A stretch of 64,000 nt of DNA, taken from positions 182,422-246,421 of the forward strand of contig MEUZ01000003.1 in assembly GCA_001772615.1 (NCBI GenBank), written 5' to 3'. Below, one piece after another: positions 47,148 through 56,761 of the stretch. Under the pieces are notes generated by a model. The model was given only the letters and a program-made list of their open reading frames with translations, made no database searches and had not been told where the DNA came from. Position numbers and translations under genes: made by a program. Position 1 is the first letter of the stretch. Every line of letters begins with the position of its first letter. This DNA is from a candidate division WWE3 bacterium RIFCSPHIGHO2_01_FULL_40_23 (lineage in GTDB: Bacteria > Patescibacteriota > WWE3 > UBA101185 > 2-01-FULL-41-18).

Positions 47148-48710
47148 TTATTTTGCCGTATCTGAAACCCTCGTTTCCCTTATCACGGTAACTTTAACGG
47201 TTCCGGGATATGTCTGCTCCAATTCTATCTTTTTGGCTATTTCCCTGGCAAGAAGAGCGCAACTTGCGTCATCCACCCTTTCAGGCTTCACAAAAACTCT
47301 AACCTCCCTCCCCGCAGAAATTGCGTAAACTTTTTCCACCCCGTCAAATGAAGATGATGCCTCTTCAAGATCCTTCATCCTTTTAACATACGCTTCATAA
47401 TCCTCACTCCTTGCACCCGGTCTTGCGCCGCTTATTGAGTCAGCTATATGAACAACTACGGATTCAATGGAAGAAAATGGTTTATCTTCATGATGCTCTG
47501 CAACACAGTTTACAACCGCATCAGGGATCTTATATTTTCTTAAAAGATCAACACCAAGCTGAACATGGGTGCCTTCTTCATCAGTAACAATTTTTCCTAT
47601 GTCATGAAACAAACATCCAAGCTTAACGACATTAACATCAGCCCCCACCTCATGCGCAATCTGGACCCCAAGCTTAGTTTCTTCAAGTGTGTGGGAGATC
47701 ATATTCTGCCCGTAAGAAAACCTATACTTAAACTTCCCAAGCATATAAATTAAATCCCTCGGAAGATTATAAACACCGACCCTGTGGCACAAATCCTCAC
47801 CCTCTTTAAAAATGATATGGTCTATATCTTTCTTAGTTTTCTCTACAATTTCTTCTATCTTAGCGGGCTGTATCCTGCCATCGGCTATTAGCCTTTCCAA
47901 AGACACCCTTGCTATTTCTCTTCTTATCGGATCAAAAGAAGATATCCTTACCTCACTTACTGATTCATCCATATCAAGGTTGACACCTGTAAGCTCTTCA
48001 AAAACTTTAATATTTCTTCCCTCTTTGCCTATGATCCTTCCTTTCATGTCCTCATCGGGAAGCTTCACCTTGGAAACCGTGTATTCAACAACATAATCGG
48101 TTGACGCGTGCCTCATGGAATCAATCAGGATCTCTTTCGCTTTAACATCAGCTTCCTGCTTAATTTTCTCTTCCGCTTCCCTGATCCTCTTCCCTACTTC
48201 CTGCGTAAGTTCCCGCTCAAGCGAGGACAAAAGTTCTTTTTTGGCCTCCTCCCTTGTAAGACCGGCAATTGACTGAAGCTTATTAATCTGATCTTTATAA
48301 ACCTCATCAAGATCTGAAAGTTTTGCGGTTACTTTTGCATCTTTAGTGTTAAGTTCCTGCTCCCTTTTATCCACTTCGGAAATTTTTCTTTCAACTACAT
48401 CCTGCCTCTGGTCAAGCTTTTTCTCAAGTTCAAGAGTTTCTTCCCTAACTTTTCTTACTTCGTCCTCCGCCTGTCTTTTTATTTTTAAAGCTTCATCCCT
48501 AGCCTCAAGCTTAATTTCTTTAGCTGCCGTTTGGGCTTCAAGAACCAACTGGTTATCTGATAAATCTGCCCTTTCCTTAATCTCACCCGCGTCTAAGCCA
48601 GCTTTTCCTTCAGGGCGCTTGTAAGATACCTTCCCCTTTTGGGCCAAATAAAACATACCTCCCACACTGCCAAGAGTTATTAATACCAATACAAATTCTA
48701 TAGGTGTCAT
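47148..48710 (-). CDS. rny: ribonuclease Y
   Basis: N-terminal TM, long coiled-coil, KH domain (GRIIGKEGRNIKVFE), HD domain (HDIGK...H...D). Confidence 0.85.
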   Translation of the reverse strand: MTPIEFVLVLITLGSVGGMFYLAQKGKVSYKRPEGKAGLDAGEIKERADLSDNQLVLEAQTAAKEIKLEARDEALKIKRQAEDEVRKVREETLELEKKLDQRQDVVERKISEVDKREQELNTKDAKVTAKLSDLDEVYKDQINKLQSIAGLTREEAKKELLSSLERELTQEVGKRIREAEEKIKQEADVKAKEILIDSMRHASTDYVVEYTVSKVKLPDEDMKGRIIGKEGRNIKVFEELTGVNLDMDESVSEVRISSFDPIRREIARVSLERLIADGRIQPAKIEEIVEKTKKDIDHIIFKEGEDLCHRVGVYNLPRDLIYMLGKFKYRFSYGQNMISHTLEETKLGVQIAHEVGADVNVVKLGCLFHDIGKIVTDEEGTHVQLGVDLLRKYKIPDAVVNCVAEHHEDKPFSSIESVVVHIADSISGARPGARSEDYEAYVKRMKDLEEASSSFDGVEKVYAISAGREVRVFVKPERVDDASCALLAREIAKKIELEQTYPGTVKVTVIRETRVSDTAK

Positions 48711-48845
48711 AAAAACCTCCTATGTTAATACTTTTTAACTAGACAACAAGAAAACAAACCTTAAAGGATTAAAGGGCTGTGTAATATGTATTATTCTTCG
48801 GTAAAGAGCCTTTTGAGGTCATATTTAAAAATAAAACCCTGTTTT

Positions 48846-49523
48846 CTAATTGTCGTCTAACCGACCCTCATTGTATTGCCTTTTAATTAATGTGTCAACC
48901 ACGCTTAAAACCAAGCTCAAGGGAAAACCCTGCCTTAAAAGATGGGACCCCATCTTGCTTTTAAATTCTCTGGGAGGAAGTTTTGAGTAAATTTTCAGCT
49001 TTTTGGAAGCGGCACTAATCGCCCGCTCCCTTTCATTTGAAGAAGCCCCTTTCAAAAGCTTTTCAATAAGCTCCTTTTTTATCCCTTTTTTATAAAGCTC
49101 TTGCCTAAGGCGAATTATTCCAAAGGGTTTTCTTCCTCTTATCCTTTGATCCAAAAGCCAGGATGCGAAACTATTATCATCTAAAAGTTTAAGATTTTTT
49201 AACTTGAAAATAATATCTTCAGATAGCTTTTCTTTTGTATCCGCGTCGGTCTCCTTATCTTTATACAAAACCTCCTTAAGTTTATCCCTCACTTCCTTTT
49301 CACTTCTTGGCCTAAAAGAAAGAAAGTTAAGCATTCTGTTAAGAAGATAAGTAAACTTTCCCGCGCGTTTAAGAGTTAGAAATTTCTCCTCTGAAATAAT
49401 AAGCGCGATCTTAAGCTTTTCCTTAACAAAGTCATCCTCCGAGAGCCTAAAGGAAAATTTGTTATCAATAAAAATATCAACGGCTTTATCTTTCTCTCTT
49501 GGGATAATTTTGGTAATGAGCAT
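48846..49523 (-). CDS. recX: RecX family regulatory protein
   Basis: Immediately downstream of recA. Tandem helical RecX-like repeats (LNFLSFRPRSEKEVRDKL...). 225 aa. Confidence 0.65.
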   Translation of the reverse strand: MLITKIIPREKDKAVDIFIDNKFSFRLSEDDFVKEKLKIALIISEEKFLTLKRAGKFTYLLNRMLNFLSFRPRSEKEVRDKLKEVLYKDKETDADTKEKLSEDIIFKLKNLKLLDDNSFASWLLDQRIRGRKPFGIIRLRQELYKKGIKKELIEKLLKGASSNERERAISAASKKLKIYSKLPPREFKSKMGSHLLRQGFPLSLVLSVVDTLIKRQYNEGRLDDN

Positions 49524-49532
49524 TATGTGAAA

Positions 49533-50576
49533 CTATTCACTTTCCTCTTCCCCTTCATTTCCAACTTCCAAAGGGGCTCCGCCTTTTTTAACAATATCCC
49601 TGATTTTTTTCTCCACTTCCGAAGAAAGTTTATGATTTGCCTTTAAGGCCTCTTTTGCGGCTTCCCTCCCCTGCGCAAGTTTCTGGCCGTCATATTCATA
49701 CCATGCCCCACTCTTTTTTATAACCCCCATCTCAACCCCTACATCTACAAGATTTCCGGCTTTACTTATCCCTTCGGAAAACATGATGTCAAACTCCGCA
49801 ACCCTAAAGGGAGGGGCTACTTTATTTTTAACTACCTTCACCTTCACTCTGTTTCCAAGCACTTTGTCCCCGTCTTTAATACTCTCTATCCTTCTAATCT
49901 CAAGCCTTAATGAAGCGTAAAATTTCAAGGCTCTTCCGCCGGGAGTAGTTTCAGGATTTCCAAACATTACTCCAATTTTTTCCCTGATCTGATTTGTAAA
50001 TATAACAGTGCAGTTTGATTTGCTTGTAGCGCCTGTAATTTTTCTTAAAGCCTGGCTCATAAGCCTTGCCTGAAGACCTATAAACTGATCCCCCATTTCC
50101 CCCTCAATTTCAGATCTTGGGACAAGCGCAGCAACCGAATCAATAGCAACAACGTCAACGGCATTTGACCTTATTAAAGTCTCGGCTATCTCAAGCGCCT
50201 GTTCGCCAGTGTCAGGCTGTGAAATCAACAAATCCTCAACATTTACTCCTGTTTTATGCGCGTACACCGGGTCAAAAGCGTGCTCCGCATCAATTAAGGC
50301 GGCAGTTCCACCCGTCTTTTGCGCTTCAGCTATGATGTGCTGGACAAGCGTGGTTTTACCCCCTGATTCGGGACCGAAGATTTCAATTATCCTTCCTCTT
50401 GGAACGCCTCCGACACCCAAAGCAAGATCCAACGCAATCGATCCCGTAGGTATAACCTGTATATCTTTAGTAGCGGCTCCTTCTCCAAGCTTCATGATTG
50501 CACCTTTCCCAAAATTTTTTTCTATCTGGGACATTGCCGACTGAAGAGCTATAAGCTTGTCTTTATCAACGGGCAT
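49533..50576 (-). CDS. recA: recombinase RecA
   Basis: [30 protein letters not shown] Walker A; L1/L2 loop region and C-terminal acidic tail. Confidence 0.9.
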   Translation of the reverse strand: MPVDKDKLIALQSAMSQIEKNFGKGAIMKLGEGAATKDIQVIPTGSIALDLALGVGGVPRGRIIEIFGPESGGKTTLVQHIIAEAQKTGGTAALIDAEHAFDPVYAHKTGVNVEDLLISQPDTGEQALEIAETLIRSNAVDVVAIDSVAALVPRSEIEGEMGDQFIGLQARLMSQALRKITGATSKSNCTVIFTNQIREKIGVMFGNPETTPGGRALKFYASLRLEIRRIESIKDGDKVLGNRVKVKVVKNKVAPPFRVAEFDIMFSEGISKAGNLVDVGVEMGVIKKSGAWYEYDGQKLAQGREAAKEALKANHKLSSEVEKKIRDIVKKGGAPLEVGNEGEEESE

Positions 50577-50722
50577 AAAAACTTTCCGGGCAGAATTAAA
50601 TATTAATACGGATTATAATATTTTAGGAAGGCGGTGTCTATACTTTTATCCAAATATTATACAAACAAGGCTAGATAAGCAACTTTTAATCCCCCCACCA
50701 TTTTTCTACCACGGCACAAACA

Positions 50723-51115
50723 CTATATCTTTACCGAATTGATCTTCAGCCAATTTGACGTCTCCTTAATCGCACTTCTCTTCTTTATAATATCCGTTAC
50801 CAGGTCATAGAATTTATTATCCCTTGCCCTAATCTCCCATCCATTAAGGTGGAGGAAAATAAAAACGGAGTAAACTGCCGTTCTTTTATTACCATCTACG
50901 AATGGGTGGTTTAATATTAGTGAGTGGATTAATGATGAAGCTTTATCAAAAATTGATTGATAAAGAAATTTACCTCCAAAAGAAGATTTAGGCCTCTGAA
51001 CCGAAGATTCCAGCAACGCAAGGGCCCTTATACCATCTGCTCCTCCATACAGTTCCAAAGATAACTCGTGCAAAAACAGAATTTCTTCCAAAGTAAGAAA
51101 CCTTATTCTAGACAT
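50723..51115 (-). CDS. doc: Doc (death-on-curing) Fic-family toxin
   Basis: Degenerate Fic motif HPFVDGNKR characteristic of Doc; 130 aa. Confidence 0.8.
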   Translation of the reverse strand: MSRIRFLTLEEILFLHELSLELYGGADGIRALALLESSVQRPKSSFGGKFLYQSIFDKASSLIHSLILNHPFVDGNKRTAVYSVFIFLHLNGWEIRARDNKFYDLVTDIIKKRSAIKETSNWLKINSVKI

Positions 51116-51370
51116 TTACTCCTCCGCGAGTCTTTTTAACAAGCTATCGTATTTTTTTGTGAATTCCTGGGCTATCTTAATGAATTTGGGGTTAATGGCC
51201 GTGTCACCTTTTTTAGACAATTTAACAGGAGCAATTGTCAGGACGTCGGATTCTAAGTCCTTCTCAAGCATAACTTCTGAACCCGCACTTAAGTTCATTT
51301 CTCTAAGAATTTCCTTAGGAATTGTTACAGCAACCGAGTTTCCGTTTTTGTACAATTTTTGTGTTATCAT
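51116..51370 (-). CDS. AbrB/MazE (SpoVT-AbrB swapped-hairpin) antitoxin partner of Doc
   Basis: LYKNGNSVAVTIPKEILREMNLSAGSEV matches the SpoVT/AbrB domain; its stop abuts the doc start. Confidence 0.7.
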   Translation of the reverse strand: MITQKLYKNGNSVAVTIPKEILREMNLSAGSEVMLEKDLESDVLTIAPVKLSKKGDTAINPKFIKIAQEFTKKYDSLLKRLAEE

Positions 51371-51373
51371 AAT

Positions 51374-51391
51374 TACATTGTACTGACAATG
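51374..51391. promoter_or_regulatory. inverted-repeat operator candidate upstream of the antitoxin gene
   Basis: ACATTGT-actg-ACAATGT perfect 7-bp palindrome 4 nt upstream of the antitoxin start, with TGTACTGA direct repeats. Confidence 0.4.
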
Positions 51392-51500
51392 TACTGATCG
51401 GTCAAGGTTCTGTTTTAATACCAGCTTCGGTATAATAGGAACATTAAATAATGGCGGGGACTGGGTTTGGAAGAGGGTACTTAAAAAATAGAATTTAATT

Positions 51501-51578
51501 TCGGGGTGTGGCGCAGTTGGCTAGCGCACCAGTATGGGGTACTGGGGGTCGCAGGTTCGAGTCCTGTCACCCCGACCA
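51501..51578 (+). tRNA. tRNA-Pro (anticodon GGG)
   Basis: Cloverleaf: acceptor CGGGGTG/CACCCCG with the C1:G72 pair typical of bacterial tRNA-Pro. D stem GCGC/GCGC. Anticodon stem CCAGT/ACTGG with loop AUGGGGU. T arm GCAGG-TTCGAGT-CCTGT. Discriminator A. Encoded CCA. Length is off by one nt in my hand parse. Confidence 0.8.
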
Positions 51579-51628
51579 TTGAGAAAAACAAGTATGGAAC
51601 TTACTGATCTAGTAAAGAAAAATAGAAT

Positions 51629-51958
51629 ATGGAAACTGCCTTAAAAAGAATAAAGCAGTACTATAATCCGGGTTCATGCTGGATTGCAGAAGTAAACTCA
51701 AAACTAGTTGGCATCCTTACCAGTAAACCGGATAACGTTTATGATAATCAAGAGTTATGCATAGATGTAATTTCGGTTGATCCTGAACATCATAAATCCG
51801 GAATAGGAAGTAAGCTCTTACAAACCGCAGAAAATTATGCAAAAACGCAAGGCTATGAGGCCACGTGGCTATCAGCCAGTGTAGACTTACCTTCCTTCAA
51901 CTGGTACATGAAAACCGGATTTAAAGAAACCAGCTGGAAAATTCTTGTAAAACCGTAA
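51629..51958 (+). CDS. short GNAT-fold acetyltransferase (109 aa, possibly N-terminally truncated)
   Basis: Motif A HHKSGIGSKLL with downstream WYMKTGF; starts only 50 nt after the tRNA. Confidence 0.5.
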   Translation: METALKRIKQYYNPGSCWIAEVNSKLVGILTSKPDNVYDNQELCIDVISVDPEHHKSGIGSKLLQTAENYAKTQGYEATWLSASVDLPSFNWYMKTGFKETSWKILVKP

Positions 51959-52080
51959 GATAATAAACCGTTGCCGACAATAAACCATGTTAAAATCAAC
52001 TTATGATTCTAATACTTGATCGAAATGGAAGATAGCATTCGTAAAAAACTAAAAGAATTAACCGAAAAATTTCTAACAAT

Positions 52081-52356
52081 ATGAGAGGTAAAAAATTTAT
52101 AATTAACTCAACAAAGATGGACTTACATAGGGTAGTAACCGCAACTGGAAATATAAATAAAGAGCTGCCCCAACAATCAGTGATAGAGTTTATGGAACAT
52201 GCTGATAAAGATTTCGGAAAAATAGAATTGACGAAATGGGAACAGACGCTTAGGCAACATCTGCAAAATTTACAAAAGCAATTACCTTATATAAAGGATC
52301 CACATTCCAGGTTAAGATGGGCAGAAGATGTAATGACCATAAGATGTAGGCTTTAA
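52081..52356 (+). CDS. hypothetical small protein (91 aa)
   Basis: Intact ORF; no motif. Confidence 0.3.
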   Translation: MRGKKFIINSTKMDLHRVVTATGNINKELPQQSVIEFMEHADKDFGKIELTKWEQTLRQHLQNLQKQLPYIKDPHSRLRWAEDVMTIRCRL

Positions 52357-52420
52357 AATAGCTCAAAACAACCTGCCCTCTTCTAATCGATGGCTAGCGA
52401 TAGCCGACCAAAGAATTAAA

Positions 52421-53038
52421 ATGAAGCTAACTGAACAAGAAAAAATAACAATCAAAACGTACGATAAAATCGCAGCTGAATGGAGCAAAAAACATCATAT
52501 ACATGATTACTGGAAAGAGGAATTAAAGCTATTTAAGAAATTTCTACCTATAGGAAAAATAATTGATATTGGTTGCGGAGGTGGCAGAGATGCAAAACCT
52601 TTGTCAAATCTAGGCTATAAGTACCTAGGAACAGATATATCAACAGGTTTACTAAAAGAGGCTAAGAAAAATAATCCAGGTATTAAGTTCATATATAAGA
52701 ATTTATATAAACCGAGCTTTAAAAGTAATACATTTGATGGTTTTTGGGCATCTGCAATATTTTTACATATCCCAAAAGACAGAATTAACCTGATATTACA
52801 AAATATAAGAAATTGGATTAAACAAGGTGGGGTAGGTTTTATATCCGTTAAGGAAGGCGGTGGGGAGGTATTAGATAATAGTGACATAGAAGGACCAGTA
52901 AGATTTTGGTCGTACTATAAACTAAGTGAATTCCGAAAATTACTTATGAGTAATAAATTTAAGATTTTAAAAAATTACCGTAAAAAAGTCATTGAGAGTA
53001 CTATTTGGTTAATTTATTTCGTTGAAGTTACAAAATAG
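52421..53038 (+). CDS. class I SAM-dependent methyltransferase
   Basis: IIDIGCGGGRDAKPL motif I; LGTDIS motif II. Confidence 0.6.
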   Translation: MKLTEQEKITIKTYDKIAAEWSKKHHIHDYWKEELKLFKKFLPIGKIIDIGCGGGRDAKPLSNLGYKYLGTDISTGLLKEAKKNNPGIKFIYKNLYKPSFKSNTFDGFWASAIFLHIPKDRINLILQNIRNWIKQGGVGFISVKEGGGEVLDNSDIEGPVRFWSYYKLSEFRKLLMSNKFKILKNYRKKVIESTIWLIYFVEVTK

Positions 53039-54674
53039 CTCAAAACAACCTGTCCCCCGCCGGATGACGATCAAGCAGTTACTACATCAAACTTTTTTTA
53101 TCTTATGCTTACTTACAGCCCTAGCCGGCTTTTTAAGGCTTCGCAACATTTCGGCTTTCAAACTTTATCCTGACTCTTATCAAAGCCTCATTGTTGCAAG
53201 AAACATCAGAGACTTTGGAAACGTTTCAGCAACTTTGGGAGAAGGCGGGATAGTTGAACCGCAGTTCATCGCATGGAGCAGGCCCGGTTACCCTCTTCTA
53301 ATCAATCTTCTAATGCCCCTGGTTCACAACGATGCTTTGTCCGCACAGATAGTCACATTTTTAGCAGGGCTCCTGATGATTCCAGCCGCATATCTTTTTA
53401 TATCAACCCTATACAATTCAAAAAAATCAGGCCTCACTGCCGCACTCCTAACCGCCCTTTTGTTTAACCTAACGGTCTGGGGCGGCTTTATACTTACAGA
53501 AACTACAGGAATCCTTTTTTTAATCCTCTTTTTGTACAGCCTTTTTAAATCCTTTAAATCCGAAACATCACTCGCTAACCCGAAAGATTATTTGACAGGA
53601 TTCCTTTTTGCCGCCGCAGTGATGACACGTTACGAATACATAATTCTTATTATCCCAATCATTTTTATTACCTTTAGCAAAAGCCAAAAGCCCGTTACCA
53701 GGCTCTTCAATATTCTCGTCTTTTCCTTTTTCACAGTATCGGTTGTTGCCGGCCTTCTTTTCCCGCTAGATAACATCTTACCCCCAATCAAAGAACAGAT
53801 GTCATACCCCTTGTACATAGCTTTAGGCATTCTTGGGTTTACATTAATCATTGGTATTCTAAATAAATCAATTCCACAGGAAATAAAGCAAAAAGTTTTT
53901 AGAGTACTTCGAGAATCCGCACAAAAAGCACCGATCCTTATAGCAATAACTCTGGCAATCCTTTACCTAGCAAATAGATCGGGGCTCCTGGTACTTTCAG
54001 GAATTTGGGAATTTGCCAAAACCGACTTGCTTTTAACGCTTGCATTCCTTATAGGTTCACGCCAAATGACAAAAGAGAAAAATCCGGATATTCCACTGAT
54101 AATCTTTACACTAGCCTCAATAACTTTTCTTGGGTTTATTTACTACAATGTTAACCCCTTGGCCCAAAGATATTTCACCCACCTTTTGCCATTTCTATTA
54201 ATACCTGCCTCCAAAGCTACGGAAAACTTAAAAAGCAAGGCTCTACTTACAATCCTAATCCTGGCCGCAATCCTTCAAACAGGCATCACATTTAACGGGG
54301 CGAAAAACTGGCAAAATGGAGATTGGCTTATGGAAAGTTACGAAGAAAAATCGGCCAAAATACTTAGCCAGAAAGTTAAAGACAAAAACACAATAATCGT
54401 AACCTCTTTTCCAGCCGCTTATTTTTACTTTACCAACCTAACTACCCAGGGCGTCACCGATTCTCCTCCCTACATTTACTTTCAAACAAACAACAGACCG
54501 ATTTTGATAGTAGAAGACATGGCGATGCGAGACGTTTATCCAAACTTCACAAATTTTTTACACAAGGACCTGAAAGACAAAAAAGTGGCTGAATACTTAG
54601 TTGGTAAAACCTACCATTACAGATTCAACGACCTAAATGAAGATAGACCTGTAGTTCTATACAAATATAACTAA
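53022..54674 (+). CDS. polytopic membrane protein, probable GT-C fold glycosyltransferase (ArnT/PMT-like)
   Basis: About 13 TM helices with a periplasmic first loop (PDSYQSLIVARNIRDFG) and a C-terminal soluble domain; overlaps the upstream MTase by 17 nt. Confidence 0.4.
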   Translation: MKLQNSSKQPVPRRMTIKQLLHQTFFILCLLTALAGFLRLRNISAFKLYPDSYQSLIVARNIRDFGNVSATLGEGGIVEPQFIAWSRPGYPLLINLLMPLVHNDALSAQIVTFLAGLLMIPAAYLFISTLYNSKKSGLTAALLTALLFNLTVWGGFILTETTGILFLILFLYSLFKSFKSETSLANPKDYLTGFLFAAAVMTRYEYIILIIPIIFITFSKSQKPVTRLFNILVFSFFTVSVVAGLLFPLDNILPPIKEQMSYPLYIALGILGFTLIIGILNKSIPQEIKQKVFRVLRESAQKAPILIAITLAILYLANRSGLLVLSGIWEFAKTDLLLTLAFLIGSRQMTKEKNPDIPLIIFTLASITFLGFIYYNVNPLAQRYFTHLLPFLLIPASKATENLKSKALLTILILAAILQTGITFNGAKNWQNGDWLMESYEEKSAKILSQKVKDKNTIIVTSFPAAYFYFTNLTTQGVTDSPPYIYFQTNNRPILIVEDMAMRDVYPNFTNFLHKDLKDKKVAEYLVGKTYHYRFNDLNEDRPVVLYKYN

Positions 54675-54747
54675 CAAAAAGTTGTTTTTGCCAACTTGAC
54701 AGTGTTAGAATATAGGCTTATCTGGGTATTTTAAACGGACAGGCACA

Positions 54748-55692
54748 ATGAAATTAATAGTACAAATACCCTGCTACAACGAGGAAAAAACACTCCCTCT
54801 TGTTCTTTCCACGATCCCTAAAAGCATACAGGGTATATCTGAAATTGAAACTTTAGTAATAGATGACGGATCTTCAGACAAAACATCAGAAATCGCAAGA
54901 AATCTGGGAGTAAATCATATCGTAAGACACAAACAAAATAAAGGCTTGGCGGCAGCCTTCGCGGCCGGCATCAACACCGCTTTAAAACTTGGCGCGGATA
55001 TCATAGTAAATACAGACGGAGACAACCAATACCCCCAACAAGAGATTCCAAGACTAATAAAACCAATTTTGGACGGCACTCACGATATGGTAATAGCGGA
55101 TAGACAAGTCACAAAGGTAAAGGAATTTAGCCCGATTAAAAAACTTTTGCAGATATGGGGAAGCAGCCTGGTTAGAGCCCTTTCGGGAACCAAAGTACCC
55201 GATGCCCCGAGCGGCTTTCGGGCTTTCTCAAAAGAAGCGGCGATGCAGTTAAACATAGTTACCGATTTTAGTTATGTAATTGAAACTGTGGTTCAGGCAG
55301 GCAGGAAAAGGATTGCAACAACACATGTACAAGTTGTAACAAATCCAAAAACCCGTGAATCAAGATTATTTAAAAGTATTTTTGAGCACATTAAAAGATC
55401 GGCTGCCGCTGTCCTAAGAAGTTACGCGATGTATACACCGTTTAGAATCTTTCTTGTGATGGGAGTTGTTGTACTTGCAATCGGTGCAATCCCTTATTTA
55501 TGGTTTGGAGTTCAATCAGCTCTTATGGGAGAGCCGCTTGGCGGGCATGTCCAATCACTTATCTTCGGAGCCGTATTTATAATAATGGGTTTTATGTTCA
55601 TTGTGATTGGAATCATCGCAGACCTTCTGGCTATTAATAGAAGGTTGCTGGAAGACGCTCTCTACCGCCTTAAGCAGATGGAGTTGAAATGA
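54748..55692 (+). CDS. GT2 polyprenyl-phosphate sugar synthase (Dpm1/ArnC/GtrB-like) with C-terminal TM anchor
   Basis: IPCYNEE, DDGSSDKT and DGDNQ (DXD) motifs; two C-terminal TM helices as in GtrB/ArnC. Confidence 0.7.
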   Translation: MKLIVQIPCYNEEKTLPLVLSTIPKSIQGISEIETLVIDDGSSDKTSEIARNLGVNHIVRHKQNKGLAAAFAAGINTALKLGADIIVNTDGDNQYPQQEIPRLIKPILDGTHDMVIADRQVTKVKEFSPIKKLLQIWGSSLVRALSGTKVPDAPSGFRAFSKEAAMQLNIVTDFSYVIETVVQAGRKRIATTHVQVVTNPKTRESRLFKSIFEHIKRSAAAVLRSYAMYTPFRIFLVMGVVVLAIGAIPYLWFGVQSALMGEPLGGHVQSLIFGAVFIIMGFMFIVIGIIADLLAINRRLLEDALYRLKQMELK

Positions 55693-56759
55693 GTGAGAAA
55701 TCAAAAATAAAGCTGTTATTCATTACCAGAAAATATCCCCCTTCAGTTGGAGGGATGGAAAAAGTAAGCTATTGCCTTGGCGAAGAGTTAAAAAAGAAGG
55801 TTGATACAAAGATAATAGCGTGGGGGAAGTCTCAAAAATGGCTACCTTACTTTCTGCCGAAAGCCTTCTTTGAGGCATTGATAATAATTTATAGAGATGG
55901 GATCACAAACATTCACTTGGGTGATGGTTTATTAGCACCACTTGGGCTCCTTCTTAAAGCGATTACTGGAAAGAAAGTTACAGTAACCATCCACGGTTTA
56001 GACATTACTTATAAAAACTCTCTTTACCAGCTTGTAGTTCCCTGGTGTGTAAGTAAGCTGGATAAAGTAATTTGTGTCAGTGAAGCGACTTTAAAAGAAT
56101 GTGTTAAGCGTGGAATTCCAAAAGAAATGAGCACAGTTATCCACTGGGGAATTTATCCCGAAGAATACAAAATCAGTGCAACCCGAGCGGATCTGGAAAA
56201 TATTGCAGGCAGGGATTTAGATGGCAAGAAAGTAATAATAACGGTAGGAAGACTAGTCAAAAGAAAGGGGGTCTATTGGTTCATTGATAATGTATTACCA
56301 AAACTGGATCATAATTTTGTGTACCTGATCATAGGAGATGGACCTGAAAGAGCGAGGATAGAAGATTTGATAAAAACCTTAAACCTTAAAGATAGGGCGT
56401 TACTCCTGGGCAGAGTTTCCGACCATGATTTGAAAATAATTTACAACACCGCTGACATCTTCGTCATGCCAAATATTGAAGTAGAAGGAGATATTGAGGG
56501 GTTTGGGATAGTGGCAATGGAAGCAGCATCTACCGGTATGTTGATTGTGGCCTCTTATGTAGATGGTATGAAAGATTTACTGAACGAAAAAGTGGGTATA
56601 CCAGTTAAGGAAAGGGTAGATTTCGCTCCAAGAATAAAAAAAGCTCTCAAGGACAGAGAGCAAAATTCTAACATAAGCAAAAACGTAGCTAGTTACATAC
56701 AAGACAACTTTAGTTGGACAAGTATTAGAGAAGAATACATCAAAGCGGCAGTTCGATAG
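55689..56759 (+). CDS. GT4 family glycosyltransferase (Glycos_transf_1)
   Basis: EGFGIVAMEAASTGMLIV (E-X7-E region) and GT-B architecture. Confidence 0.7.
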   Translation: MSEKSKIKLLFITRKYPPSVGGMEKVSYCLGEELKKKVDTKIIAWGKSQKWLPYFLPKAFFEALIIIYRDGITNIHLGDGLLAPLGLLLKAITGKKVTVTIHGLDITYKNSLYQLVVPWCVSKLDKVICVSEATLKECVKRGIPKEMSTVIHWGIYPEEYKISATRADLENIAGRDLDGKKVIITVGRLVKRKGVYWFIDNVLPKLDHNFVYLIIGDGPERARIEDLIKTLNLKDRALLLGRVSDHDLKIIYNTADIFVMPNIEVEGDIEGFGIVAMEAASTGMLIVASYVDGMKDLLNEKVGIPVKERVDFAPRIKKALKDREQNSNISKNVASYIQDNFSWTSIREEYIKAAVR

Positions 56760-56761
56760 AT

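Noticed and set aside
50577-50722. Looked for a LexA/SOS box (GAAC-N4-GTTC or CTGT-N8-ACAG) upstream of recA
   Set aside because: No match found in the 146-bp upstream region. recA may be LexA-independent here.
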